38,042 nucleotides of DNA, taken from contig JAITVV010000086.1 of assembly GCA_031285625.1 (NCBI GenBank), positions 1 to 38,042 on the forward strand, written 5' to 3'. The notes below the pieces were generated by a model that searched no databases, was not told where the DNA came from, and was given only the letters and a program-made list of their open reading frames with translations. Within the stretch, counting starts at the first letter, position 1; the number at the start of each line of letters is the position of its first letter. Positions 21,436-30,477 of the stretch are shown piece by piece. This DNA comes from Prevotella sp. Lineage in GTDB: Bacteria; Bacteroidota; Bacteroidia; Bacteroidales; Dysgonomonadaceae. Made by a program: the position numbers and the translations under genes.

Positions 21436-23280
21436 ATGTGTGGAATAGTAGGATACATTGGCTTCAGAGAAGCATACCCCATTTTGATTAAAGGATTACA
21501 CCGACTCGAATATAGAGGATACGACAGTGCAGGAGTGGCACTGATTAACAAGGAAGACAGGCTATCAGTATATAAAGCAAAGGGCCGTGTACAAGATCTT
21601 GAAGAATATGCAAAAGATAAAGACATAACCGGAACGATAGGAATAGCTCACACTCGATGGGCTACACACGGGGAACCAAGCAATAGTAATGCACATCCAC
21701 ATTACTCCCAGTCCGAATCACTAGCATTGATACACAACGGAATCATAGAAAATTATGCTGTACTAAAAGCCCAACTCATACAAAACGGTTATACATTTCA
21801 GAGCAGCACAGATACCGAAGTCTTGGTACAATTGATTGAGTATATAAAAAAGTTAAATAATTGCGACTTGTTTTCGGCAGTGCAGATCGCATTAAACCAG
21901 GTTGTAGGTGCTTATGCAATTGCTGTAATTGAAAAAGGGAAGCCAGAACAAATTATAGCCGCTCGCAAAAGCAGCCCGCTTGTAATCGGAGTTGGTGACG
22001 GGGAATTTTTTATAGGATCCGACGCCTCTCCTATCATTGAATATACGAATAAGGTCATCTATCTGGATGATGAAGAAATAGCAATTATTAAGCGTAATGA
22101 AGAACCTAAGATAGTAACAATAGCCAATATAGAGAAAACGCATGAGATAAAACAGCTGGAAATGAATCTCAGCCAGCTTGAACGTGGAGGATACCCTCAC
22201 TTCATGCTCAAAGAGATATATGAACAGCCTGAGACCCTCAAAAACTGTATGAGTGGAAGAATCAACATAGAAGGTACAAACGTAACTCTATCAGGTATCA
22301 TCGACCATAAAGAAAAGTTTATCAATGCACGCCGTATTATCATCATAGCTTGTGGTACATCGTGGCATGCAGGGCTAATAGGAGAATATCTATTCGAAGA
22401 ATTCTGCCGTATCCCGGTTGAGGTAGAGTATGCATCCGAATTCAGATATAGAAATCCGGTTATCCACCCTGATGATATTGTAATTGCGATCTCTCAGTCA
22501 GGTGAAACAGCAGACTCCCTCGCTGCAATAGAACTTGCACGCAAGGCAGGAGCTTTTGTATATGGCGTATGTAACGTGGTTGGTTCATCCATACCACGCA
22601 ATACTGATTCGGGATCATATACGCATTGCGGACATGAAATAGGCGTTGCTTCCACTAAAGCATTCACTGCACAAGTAACTGTTCTTACCATGATGGCACT
22701 AACAATAGCCAAAGAGAAAGGAAGTATCGATAACGATAAGTATATTGATACCATCAAAGAGTTGCAGTTGATACCGTCTAAAATAGAGAAAGCCCTGGCG
22801 GCAAACGAAAAAATAAAGGAGTTGTCCAAAATATTTACGTATGCTCAAAACTTTATTTATCTGGGACGAGGATACAATTACCCTATTGCGCTCGAAGGAG
22901 CATTAAAGCTAAAGGAAATTTCATATATACATGCCGAAGGTTATCCCGCCGCGGAGATGAAGCATGGCCCTATAGCACTTATTGATAATGAAATGCCCGT
23001 AGTAAGCATTGCTACCAATAGTGCCATATACGAAAAGGTGGTAAGTAATATTCAGGAAATAAAAGCACGCAAAGGATGTGTGATCGCCATAATCAACGAA
23101 GGAGACGAAACTATGAAATCGATGGCTGACAGGTACATCGAAATACCGGCGACAATAGAGTGTCTTGATCCATTATTAACCGCTATCCCACTACAATTAT
23201 TGGCATACCATATTGCCGTTAATAAGAATAGGGATGTGGATATGCCACGCAACCTTGCAAAATCAGTAACTGTAGAATAA
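21436..23280 (+). CDS. glmS: Glutamine--fructose-6-phosphate transaminase
   Basis: MCGIVG start (ATG 21436), LEYRGYDSAG, HTRWATHG, SQSGETAD, PRNLAKSVTVE. Confidence 0.98.
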   Translation: MCGIVGYIGFREAYPILIKGLHRLEYRGYDSAGVALINKEDRLSVYKAKGRVQDLEEYAKDKDITGTIGIAHTRWATHGEPSNSNAHPHYSQSESLALIHNGIIENYAVLKAQLIQNGYTFQSSTDTEVLVQLIEYIKKLNNCDLFSAVQIALNQVVGAYAIAVIEKGKPEQIIAARKSSPLVIGVGDGEFFIGSDASPIIEYTNKVIYLDDEEIAIIKRNEEPKIVTIANIEKTHEIKQLEMNLSQLERGGYPHFMLKEIYEQPETLKNCMSGRINIEGTNVTLSGIIDHKEKFINARRIIIIACGTSWHAGLIGEYLFEEFCRIPVEVEYASEFRYRNPVIHPDDIVIAISQSGETADSLAAIELARKAGAFVYGVCNVVGSSIPRNTDSGSYTHCGHEIGVASTKAFTAQVTVLTMMALTIAKEKGSIDNDKYIDTIKELQLIPSKIEKALAANEKIKELSKIFTYAQNFIYLGRGYNYPIALEGALKLKEISYIHAEGYPAAEMKHGPIALIDNEMPVVSIATNSAIYEKVVSNIQEIKARKGCVIAIINEGDETMKSMADRYIEIPATIECLDPLLTAIPLQLLAYHIAVNKNRDVDMPRNLAKSVTVE

Positions 23281-23404
23281 AACCATTTTACGACAGATAA
23301 TAACCATTGCATCTTTGCATTGACTGAAATATGTTTAAAGAATTGAATTCATTATTCAAAATATTTCTATCTTTGCAGAAACTTTACATATAAACATAAA
23401 ATTT

Positions 23405-23929
23405 ATGAAAGCAAACATTCTAATACTCACACTTATTTCCCTATTTGCATTAAACACCAAAATAAATGCACAAAGTCATCTGGCCATTGGTACTCAAATT
23501 ACAATGGGAGACGATACAAGAAAAAGTGTAGAGAACTTATCTGTGGGCGATGTTGTTTTATCGTATGATTACACAAAAGATGTATATGAGAAAAAGACGG
23601 TGAAAAGTGTTGAGAAAATCATGTTTAACAGGTTGATCCGCATGGTATTGGAAAACAAAATGCAGATTCTTCTAACTTCAGACAATCCATTTTGGAGTGA
23701 AAGAGGCTGGATATCAGTAGATCCGGAAATGACTTCTCAAAACCCTAAATATAAATCAGTAAAACAATGCAATACAGGTGACTACCTGAGCTTCTATGAC
23801 ATATTAAGTACAGGTTCGGAAAGAGTAGCTATAATGGAGGGTATCCTTGAACCCATTATGGCTTATTCCATACAGTTGGAAGGCGACGGCTCAATCATTG
23901 CCAACGGCTTTATCATAGGTGCAGATTAA
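23405..23929 (+). CDS. Secreted stand-alone Hint-domain protein with substituted catalytic residues
   Basis: Signal peptide then LAIGTQITMGD..K.VENLSVGDVVLSYD (block A), LTSDNPFW..GW (block B), AYSIQLEGDGSIIANGFII (blocks F/G); own TATCTTTG at 23368-23375. Confidence 0.8.
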   Translation: MKANILILTLISLFALNTKINAQSHLAIGTQITMGDDTRKSVENLSVGDVVLSYDYTKDVYEKKTVKSVEKIMFNRLIRMVLENKMQILLTSDNPFWSERGWISVDPEMTSQNPKYKSVKQCNTGDYLSFYDILSTGSERVAIMEGILEPIMAYSIQLEGDGSIIANGFIIGAD

Positions 23930-23936
23930 TCATTTA

Positions 23937-24365
23937 ATGAGACTCAATACCAACAATATACAAGAACGTATTAAAAATACATTGATGGAGACGTTGAACA
24001 TCACATTCATAGAATCTGATGATGAAACGTCTCTTGAAGCTATTATGCCTGTCGCAAAAGGTCTTACACAAACGATGGGCGTATTACATGGCGGAGCAAC
24101 GATATCCTTGGCTGAGTCTGTTGCCGGAGTAGGATCAAATGTATTATGTGCGCAGGATGAGCGCTGCTACGGAATGCAGATCAGTGCAAGCCATATTTCC
24201 AGCGCCAAAGTTGGCGACATAGTCAGAGCCAAAGGTGTTATACAACATAAAGGACACTCTACCCATGTATGGAATATTGATATCACCTCAGAAACCACTG
24301 GAAAGCTAATCTCCTCCATTCGTGTAACTAATGCCGTTGTGAAACGGGTACTCTATACTAAATAG
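23937..24365 (+). CDS. PaaI/hotdog-fold thioesterase (MenI/YdiI-like)
   Basis: QTMGVLHGGATISLAES motif; start may be 23937 or a nearby ATG. Confidence 0.9.
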   Translation: MRLNTNNIQERIKNTLMETLNITFIESDDETSLEAIMPVAKGLTQTMGVLHGGATISLAESVAGVGSNVLCAQDERCYGMQISASHISSAKVGDIVRAKGVIQHKGHSTHVWNIDITSETTGKLISSIRVTNAVVKRVLYTK

Positions 24366-24578
24366 CTCTTCTGGAGTATTAATCAGAATATTATTTGCAG
24401 AGTACTTCCCTCGCTCAATATTCAAATTTAAATTAAACCTTTTCATAACAATACATTCTAATAGTATATACAAACTATTAAGGTCTCAGACCTATTTATT
24501 ACTTTGGTAAGTAAAACAACAATAAGTTGCTATGATTCAAAACTGATCATTTTAATGCTTACTCTAAAAATGAATATT

Positions 24579-25850
24579 ATGAAAAAGTTAATCATCCCCC
24601 TATTGGTTATTATCCTGACATTATCAGGTTGTGCCAGCAAAAGAGTAGCTGTAGTTAATAGTTTGTGGATTGGAATGACACAAGAACAAGCGAATCAGAT
24701 TATGGGCTATCCTGTAAGAATATTATATTCTGAATACGATAACGGTATCACATATGAGGGCTTAGAATATCACACCTACTATAACGAAGCCTATGTATTG
24801 GATTTTGGAGATGGAAGATTGTTAGGCTATGACTTCTTATACAATATATCCAGCGGAGGAACGATTGTATATGAACCTTACCCTGTATACGAACCATATC
24901 CGATTTATGATCCTTATCCGTCATACCCTCCGAGTTATATAGGTGGTAAACCTGGCAAACCGAACAAACCAAGGCCTAGGCCAAACCCTACTGAAAGACC
25001 GATATATCGTCCGTCCGAACCGGGACGCCCATCAACATCAACCAGACCGACTAGTCCGTCTGAATCTACCCGTCCATCCGAAGCCGGCAGGCCATCTGTT
25101 TCAGGCAGACCTACAAATGAGAGTCCTAATTATACTGGTTCGAACAGAACCCCAATTAGAGAATCATCCAGAGACAATGACGGAAAGACCAGCACCCGCA
25201 GATCTTACAATAAGGTTGTAGAGAAATCTGATTCAGAACGTCCTCCTGTAGTTAATTCAACAAGCAGGCCGTCTGCCAATAGTTCGAATGTGTCTTCCAC
25301 AAGACCGACTACCAGACCATCAGGAAGTTCTGGTGGAACAACCAGACCTAGCTCAAGTAGCTACAAGCCTAGCTCCTCATCAAGCAGTTCATCCGGAAGA
25401 ACATCGTCTGGCAGTTCATCGGGTTATACCCCTAGTAGTTCGTCCAGCTATACTCCAAGTTCATCTTCATCAGGCAGTAGTTCGTCCAGCTATACTCCTA
25501 GCAGTTCTTCAAGCACAAGGCCTTCCAGTAGTTCTTCAAGCTCGTCAGGAAGATCATCATCAAGTTATAGCTCAAGCAGTTCATCAAGTAGTAGTAGCTC
25601 ATCGGGTAGAACATCAAGCAGTTCTTCTACTTCAAGACCGTCAAGTTCTTCCAGTAGTAGCTATACACCAAGTAGTTCCACAAGTAACTCTTCTGGCAGA
25701 TCTTCATCAAGTTCTTCTACCAGTAGTTCAAATAGTTCATCAAGCAGCTCCTATTCTTCTAGTAGCAGATCAAGTTCCAGTAGCAGCTCAGGACGTTCAT
25801 CAACATCAAGTAGTTCATCTTCCGGAAGATCATCCAGCGGTCGCAGATAA
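24579..25850 (+). CDS. Lipoprotein with small N-terminal domain and long Pro/Arg/Ser-rich disordered tail
   Basis: Lipobox LSGC from ATG 24579; IGMT.EQA..IMG.P (SmpA/BamE-like pattern); YEPYP repeats; poly-Ser tail. Confidence 0.85.
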   Translation: MKKLIIPLLVIILTLSGCASKRVAVVNSLWIGMTQEQANQIMGYPVRILYSEYDNGITYEGLEYHTYYNEAYVLDFGDGRLLGYDFLYNISSGGTIVYEPYPVYEPYPIYDPYPSYPPSYIGGKPGKPNKPRPRPNPTERPIYRPSEPGRPSTSTRPTSPSESTRPSEAGRPSVSGRPTNESPNYTGSNRTPIRESSRDNDGKTSTRRSYNKVVEKSDSERPPVVNSTSRPSANSSNVSSTRPTTRPSGSSGGTTRPSSSSYKPSSSSSSSSGRTSSGSSSGYTPSSSSSYTPSSSSSGSSSSSYTPSSSSSTRPSSSSSSSSGRSSSSYSSSSSSSSSSSSGRTSSSSSTSRPSSSSSSSYTPSSSTSNSSGRSSSSSSTSSSNSSSSSSYSSSSRSSSSSSSGRSSTSSSSSSGRSSSGRR

Positions 25851-25854
25851 TAAA

Positions 25855-25884
25855 AAAAAGCCTCTTCGATTGAAGAGGCTTTTT
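25855..25884. terminator. Bidirectional terminator
   Basis: AAAAAGCCTCTTC-GATT-GAAGAGGCTTTTT. Confidence 0.9.
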
Positions 25885-25885
25885 A

Positions 25886-25996
25886 TTACTGTACACTAGA
25901 TAACACAACATTTATCACCTGGTACACCATCACCACAAAGCAGATAATTACTACAGCAATCATAATTCCTAAAAGTTTATTTGTATATTTTTTCAT
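25886..25996 (-). CDS. Unannotated 36-aa single-pass membrane peptide
   Basis: MKKYTNKLLGIMIAVVIICFVVMVYQVINVVLSSVQ*; starts 4 nt after the gntR stop and ends at the terminator. Confidence 0.7.
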   Translation of the reverse strand: MKKYTNKLLGIMIAVVIICFVVMVYQVINVVLSSVQ

Positions 25997-26000
25997 TTCC

Positions 26001-26360
26001 TTATTTTTTTAATTGTTTGTACCGTTCAGCAATCTCGTCGATACTAATACCCAGCAGATTCATCGCCTTAAAGGTTTCAGGCAATACTTCATTGAAAAAC
26101 TCTTCTTTCTGAAGCTTTACTATTTCATCTCTGGCATTCTCAGCCACATAATATCCCATTCCTCGTTTCGAATATATAATATTCTCAGATTGCATATATT
26201 CGAATGCACGCATAGCTGTATTGGGATTTACCTGTAATATTGTTCCCAATTCGCGCACAGAAGGGATTCGCTCATCTTTCATCCACTCCCCGGTTAATAT
26301 ACTCCGGAAGCAGAAATCCACTATTTGCAGATATATTGGTTTATTTGCTTTAAAATCCAT
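26001..26360 (-). CDS. GntR family (YtrA subfamily) transcriptional regulator
   Basis: PIYLQI, RIPSVRELG..LQVNPNTAMRA, KRGMG; short C-terminal helix. Confidence 0.93.
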   Translation of the reverse strand: MDFKANKPIYLQIVDFCFRSILTGEWMKDERIPSVRELGTILQVNPNTAMRAFEYMQSENIIYSKRGMGYYVAENARDEIVKLQKEEFFNEVLPETFKAMNLLGISIDEIAERYKQLKK

Positions 26361-26364
26361 AATC

Positions 26365-27138
26365 CTAAATTTCAGTTTCTCTCAATTTAAAATAACTCAA
26401 TACCCATACGCCTATCGGAAATACAAGCTGAATAATACCTCTGGAAATATCATATGCTAAAGGAATACTCAAACCTGTTGCCTCAAAAAAACCTCGACTA
26501 AAGAAGAGACCAATACCTTGGCCATTATAATTAGGCATCATATGCATATTATTTTTCAACTCCAATATTTCAGGGTAAAATTGTGTTACCATTATTTGTG
26601 ATATAGAGATAACAAGAATAAACATCACTGTGATAGCAATTAGAGTTTTCACAAAAGCTTTTTTCTTAAAATATACATAACCAAACATAAAAATAGACTG
26701 AACTGCAAAAAGAAAATGTATAGTAGAAAAAGAATCTACAAAATTCAATGTAACGTAATCTTCATTCAAAACGACAGATGTTATAGCATCTAACAGACAT
26801 GAAATAATAAATATTATTAATGGAAAAACAATCACATTCTTACACCACATAGCCAAAAACCGTTCGAAAGAGGAAGCCGGAGTGGACAAATAGAACGATA
26901 TGTTCGATTCATTCAGATTTTTATCTAAGAAAGGAGATACACATACAATCATTACCACATAAATAACAGGCATAAACTGTAGCAGCACCCTATCATTATA
27001 TAGAGAGTACACTAGTACCGCAATAATAAAATATGCCAGCAGACCACAAATAATGAACAAATATTGTTTATGATATAAAGCAGTCTCCTTCTTTACCAGT
27101 TTCCAAAAGCGATTTATATTAAATACTTTATCCATCAT
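26365..27138 (-). CDS. ABC transporter permease (ABC-2 type, putative)
   Basis: About 6 TM segments, PASSFE motif, located between ATPase and GntR. Confidence 0.8.
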   Translation of the reverse strand: MMDKVFNINRFWKLVKKETALYHKQYLFIICGLLAYFIIAVLVYSLYNDRVLLQFMPVIYVVMIVCVSPFLDKNLNESNISFYLSTPASSFERFLAMWCKNVIVFPLIIFIISCLLDAITSVVLNEDYVTLNFVDSFSTIHFLFAVQSIFMFGYVYFKKKAFVKTLIAITVMFILVISISQIMVTQFYPEILELKNNMHMMPNYNGQGIGLFFSRGFFEATGLSIPLAYDISRGIIQLVFPIGVWVLSYFKLRETEI

Positions 27139-27141
27139 TTC

Positions 27142-27972
27142 TTATTTTACATTAAATAATTCTTTTATTCTATCCTTATTTGTCACCACAGCATTAAAGA
27201 GTGCCTCTATATTAAGTGTACTATCTTCATTATACTTATTTTCCAACACTGAAGTATATCCCAGCATTGTCTGCTCCGAAAACAATGCACCTTCAGGCCT
27301 GGTGGTAGAATATGTAAACAACAGCTTTTGAGAAATTTCCTCAACAGTATTATTTAACAATACCTTATTTCTATCCAGAATAATAATAGGATCTATAAGA
27401 TTTTCCAGGTCACGTACCTGGTGCGTAGATATAATAATACACTTATTTTCGTCAAATGCTGATGCCATGACCTTACGGAACTGAGTTTTAGAAGGTATAT
27501 CCAAACCATTTGTAGGCTCATCCAACAATAGTATAGGTGTATTTAGTGCTATTGCAAATGCAATAAGCGCTTTTTTCTTTTGCCCAAAAGACAACTCTTT
27601 CAAATTGGAATCAATATCCAAATTGAAATCTTTAAGATAAGTTGTAAATTGCTCGTAGCTAAAATTCGGATAAAATGCAGAATTATACTTTACAAAACTT
27701 TTAATAGATTGAGCTGGCACCTTAAATTCCTCCGGTAAATAATAGAGTTGCTTCAACATATCGGGATTTCTCAAAGCAGATTCCATACCCAACAAAGAGC
27801 AATGCCCCTTTTTGGGAAAGCGCAGACCGCTAATTACATGTAATAATGTAGTCTTTCCTACACCATTTTCGCCAAGCAAGCCATAGATACCGTTTTTCAT
27901 TTCAAAAGAAACGTCTTCAAATACAGGCTTACTCTGCTTGTAATAAAAGGTAAAATTATTAATTTTTATCAT
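27142..27972 (-). CDS. ABC transporter ATP-binding protein
   Basis: GENGVGKTT Walker A, LSFGQ signature, LLLDEP Walker B, STH switch. Confidence 0.95.
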   Translation of the reverse strand: MIKINNFTFYYKQSKPVFEDVSFEMKNGIYGLLGENGVGKTTLLHVISGLRFPKKGHCSLLGMESALRNPDMLKQLYYLPEEFKVPAQSIKSFVKYNSAFYPNFSYEQFTTYLKDFNLDIDSNLKELSFGQKKKALIAFAIALNTPILLLDEPTNGLDIPSKTQFRKVMASAFDENKCIIISTHQVRDLENLIDPIIILDRNKVLLNNTVEEISQKLLFTYSTTRPEGALFSEQTMLGYTSVLENKYNEDSTLNIEALFNAVVTNKDRIKELFNVK

Positions 27973-27976
27973 ATCG

Positions 27977-28009
27977 AGTGTATTAGTTTAATAGTACACT
28001 GCAAATATA
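27977..28009 (-). promoter_or_regulatory. YtrA-type operator AGTGTA-N12-TACACT just downstream of a TATATTTG -7 box
   Basis: Palindrome at 27977-28000; -7 element at 28002-28009 on minus strand; resembles the AGTGTA...TACACT operator of B. subtilis YtrA. Confidence 0.8.
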
Positions 28010-28257
28010 AAGCATTATTTTATAAATCAAAAAAAATATGGCATTATTTTGAAAAAATTTTCAGCAATATAAAAATCTGGCGATTTTTCAACATAAGAAT
28101 CTTAAAATGTATTTATATGATGCATCTTTTCACTTTTTTTTATATTTTAGCGGGGAAAAATAACTTACACAAAATATGGAGGTCAGAAACCATAAAAAAC
28201 GAGGCGGAACCGAAAAGCCAAACGAGTAGGAAAATTACACTAAACTTATATTATACT

Positions 28258-28635
28258 ATGGAGTGGTTTTTAAAAGTAGTAAAAGAACATTACGCAGACT
28301 TTAACGGAAGAGCTAGACGCAAAGAGTTCTGGATGTTCACATTATGCATGTATGCTATTATCCTTGCAATTTATGTTGTTGGTATCATCCTAGCACTTAT
28401 TGCAGACTTCCTTGGCCTAATTTTTATGGGAGTTGCCGGAATAGCAATGCTTGCACTAATTGTACCATTTTTGGCTGTTGGAGTAAGAAGATTGCATGAT
28501 ACAGGTAAACCTACCTGGATGATTATTTTAAGCTTCCTGCCTGTTGTAAGCTTATATTACCTATACCTGATGGTGATTGAAGGTGATAAAGGAGACAACG
28601 AATTCGGTCCGGATCCTAAAGCCGGAGAAAATTAA
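28258..28635 (+). CDS. DUF805 (YhaH-like) inner membrane protein
   Basis: YADFNGRARRKEFW, VRRLHD, NEFGPDP; start at ATG 28258. Confidence 0.93.
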   Translation: MEWFLKVVKEHYADFNGRARRKEFWMFTLCMYAIILAIYVVGIILALIADFLGLIFMGVAGIAMLALIVPFLAVGVRRLHDTGKPTWMIILSFLPVVSLYYLYLMVIEGDKGDNEFGPDPKAGEN

Positions 28636-28656
28636 TTATATAGTTTTACTATATTT

Positions 28657-28684
28657 AAAGCATGGCCAAAAGCCATGCTTTTTT
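28657..28684 (+). terminator. Intrinsic terminator
   Basis: AAAGCATGGC-CAAAA-GCCATGCTTTTTT. Confidence 0.85.
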
Positions 28685-28808
28685 ATATAATAGAGAAAAT
28701 CTATATAAAGTACTGATTTATTATTATTTTTTTCATTACATTTGTAAAATAGCGCTGAATATAAGATATCTTAAAAACAATAATAGAAAATCCTAGATAA
28801 TATCCAAC

Positions 28809-29684
28809 ATGGAGTTATTATACAAACAAGAGCACTTGACTTGTTACAATTACGAAAAGGGGAATAGACCAACCATTGAGAAAGTTTCTTTAGGGAAAGG
28901 ACAAGCATGGAATTTATTCTCTATTGACAACAAAGTCATATTTATGCTGAAAGGAACATTAAATTTTTCCTTTGGAGATATTATTGACGAAAGCATCACT
29001 GAAAATAAAATGATGATGGTATCAGCCGGTAGCCAACTACAATGCCAGGCTGTAGAAGATTGTATCTTTATTGTGATCAGATTGCACAACACCAAACAGC
29101 TATGTGACTGTTTTTCACTCGATTTACTTTTACGCGAAGAAAACAAAGACTTAAAACCGGGAATCCATTTCCTGGAGATCAATGAAAGAGTCGAATCATT
29201 TCTTTCCTTCTTGGACACCTGTATGTCCGACGGCCTAAAATGCACATATTATTTCGAACTCAAATCAAAAGAATTCTACTTCCTGCTGAGAGCATACTAC
29301 ACTAAAAAAGATTTGTTAGGTTTCTTTTACCCTCTCATCAGCCATGATATATCTTTCTCCGAATATGTTATAAAAAATCACTATAAAGCCAAGACAGTGC
29401 AAGAACTGGCCGATTTAATGCATTATAGTTTATCCGGATTTCAAAAACGGTTTAAAAAGGTATTTGGAGTATCTGCATATCACTGGATGAAAGAAGAACG
29501 TTCTAAACTGATCTATCACGAGATAAACGGTACAAATAAATCGTTCAAAGAAATCAGTGATGAATATGGTTTCTCTTCCCCATCACATTTTAACGACTTC
29601 TGTAAAGCCAATTTCGGAAGTACACCAGGCATTATTCGCCGGAAAAAGATCACACTCCAAACTTCCCTTCTAGAAAAGGCATGA
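28809..29684 (+). CDS. AraC family transcriptional regulator
   Basis: C-terminal double HTH (TVQELA..S.F.KRFKKVFG; KEIS.EYGFSSPSHFN.FCK..FG.TP); Cys/His-rich N-domain. Confidence 0.93.
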   Translation: MELLYKQEHLTCYNYEKGNRPTIEKVSLGKGQAWNLFSIDNKVIFMLKGTLNFSFGDIIDESITENKMMMVSAGSQLQCQAVEDCIFIVIRLHNTKQLCDCFSLDLLLREENKDLKPGIHFLEINERVESFLSFLDTCMSDGLKCTYYFELKSKEFYFLLRAYYTKKDLLGFFYPLISHDISFSEYVIKNHYKAKTVQELADLMHYSLSGFQKRFKKVFGVSAYHWMKEERSKLIYHEINGTNKSFKEISDEYGFSSPSHFNDFCKANFGSTPGIIRRKKITLQTSLLEKA

Positions 29685-29747
29685 ATTCTGTAAAAGCAGG
29701 CATCTTTCTGTAATAAACATTATTACGAATCCTCATATCTTTGTAAT

Positions 29748-29879
29748 GTAAATATATGAGGAGTATATTTATTTAAATTTAAAACCTGACTAGGTTTGTA
29801 ATTTAACTCTATTATTGTGTAGTTTTGTAAAGTTTGTGTTAAGGTTGGAAAGTCTGCGAAGTGAATTTGCGGGCTTTTT
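29748..29879 (+). ncRNA. Candidate small RNA (about 130 nt)
   Basis: TATCTTTG -7 box (29736-29743) upstream, terminator with G-U pairs (29849-29879) downstream, no convincing ORF between; ends are approximate. Confidence 0.45.
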
Positions 29880-29952
29880 GCATTTTATATGATTCCTATA
29901 TCAAAGAATAAAGTATTATCTTTAGAGAATAAAGTAATGCTCAGAAATTATT

Positions 29953-30474
29953 ATGAAAATTATTAAATCAACTATCGAAACTACTGACCTTGTCTATAAT
30001 TTCCTTTCATCTGCAGACTACAAAGAAGCTTTTGAATGTGAGTTTTTCAGTAACAAAGAAACCACTCCCGACGATTTAATGATAGATTTCTGGACAGACA
30101 ATCCGTCCTGGATAAACGCACTATTTAAAATACGGAATATACTGGTACGCCCATTGGGTTTACGTCATCCGGATGATACAGAAGACAAAAAAAAGGAAAG
30201 TCTGAAACATAGCATAAAAGAAGGCAAAGAATACGAAATAATGAGTATTCCTGCAAAATCGGATAAAGAAACAGTCATGTGCCTGACTGATTCGCATCTG
30301 ACTGCATACATAGCAGTATACTATGACAAAAACCAAAATGCTACAAAACTTAAGGTATCAACCTTAGTGCAGTTTCATAAATTTTTTGGCCGAATTTATT
30401 TTTATATGATCTCCCCTTTTCACTATTTCATAGTAAAGAGTAAAATAAAACAGGCAGTAAAAAAATTGGAATAA
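29953..30474 (+). CDS. DUF2867-like protein
   Basis: P.WI.ALFKIRN.LVRPLGL, DSHL, GRIYF..ISPFH..IV motifs. Confidence 0.8.
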   Translation: MKIIKSTIETTDLVYNFLSSADYKEAFECEFFSNKETTPDDLMIDFWTDNPSWINALFKIRNILVRPLGLRHPDDTEDKKKESLKHSIKEGKEYEIMSIPAKSDKETVMCLTDSHLTAYIAVYYDKNQNATKLKVSTLVQFHKFFGRIYFYMISPFHYFIVKSKIKQAVKKLE

Positions 30475-30477
30475 AGA

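Noticed and set aside
25288-25899. 203-aa alternative-frame ORF over the Ser-rich tail
   Set aside because: Shadow frame: Ser-codon runs seldom create stops in this frame; it also runs through the terminator.
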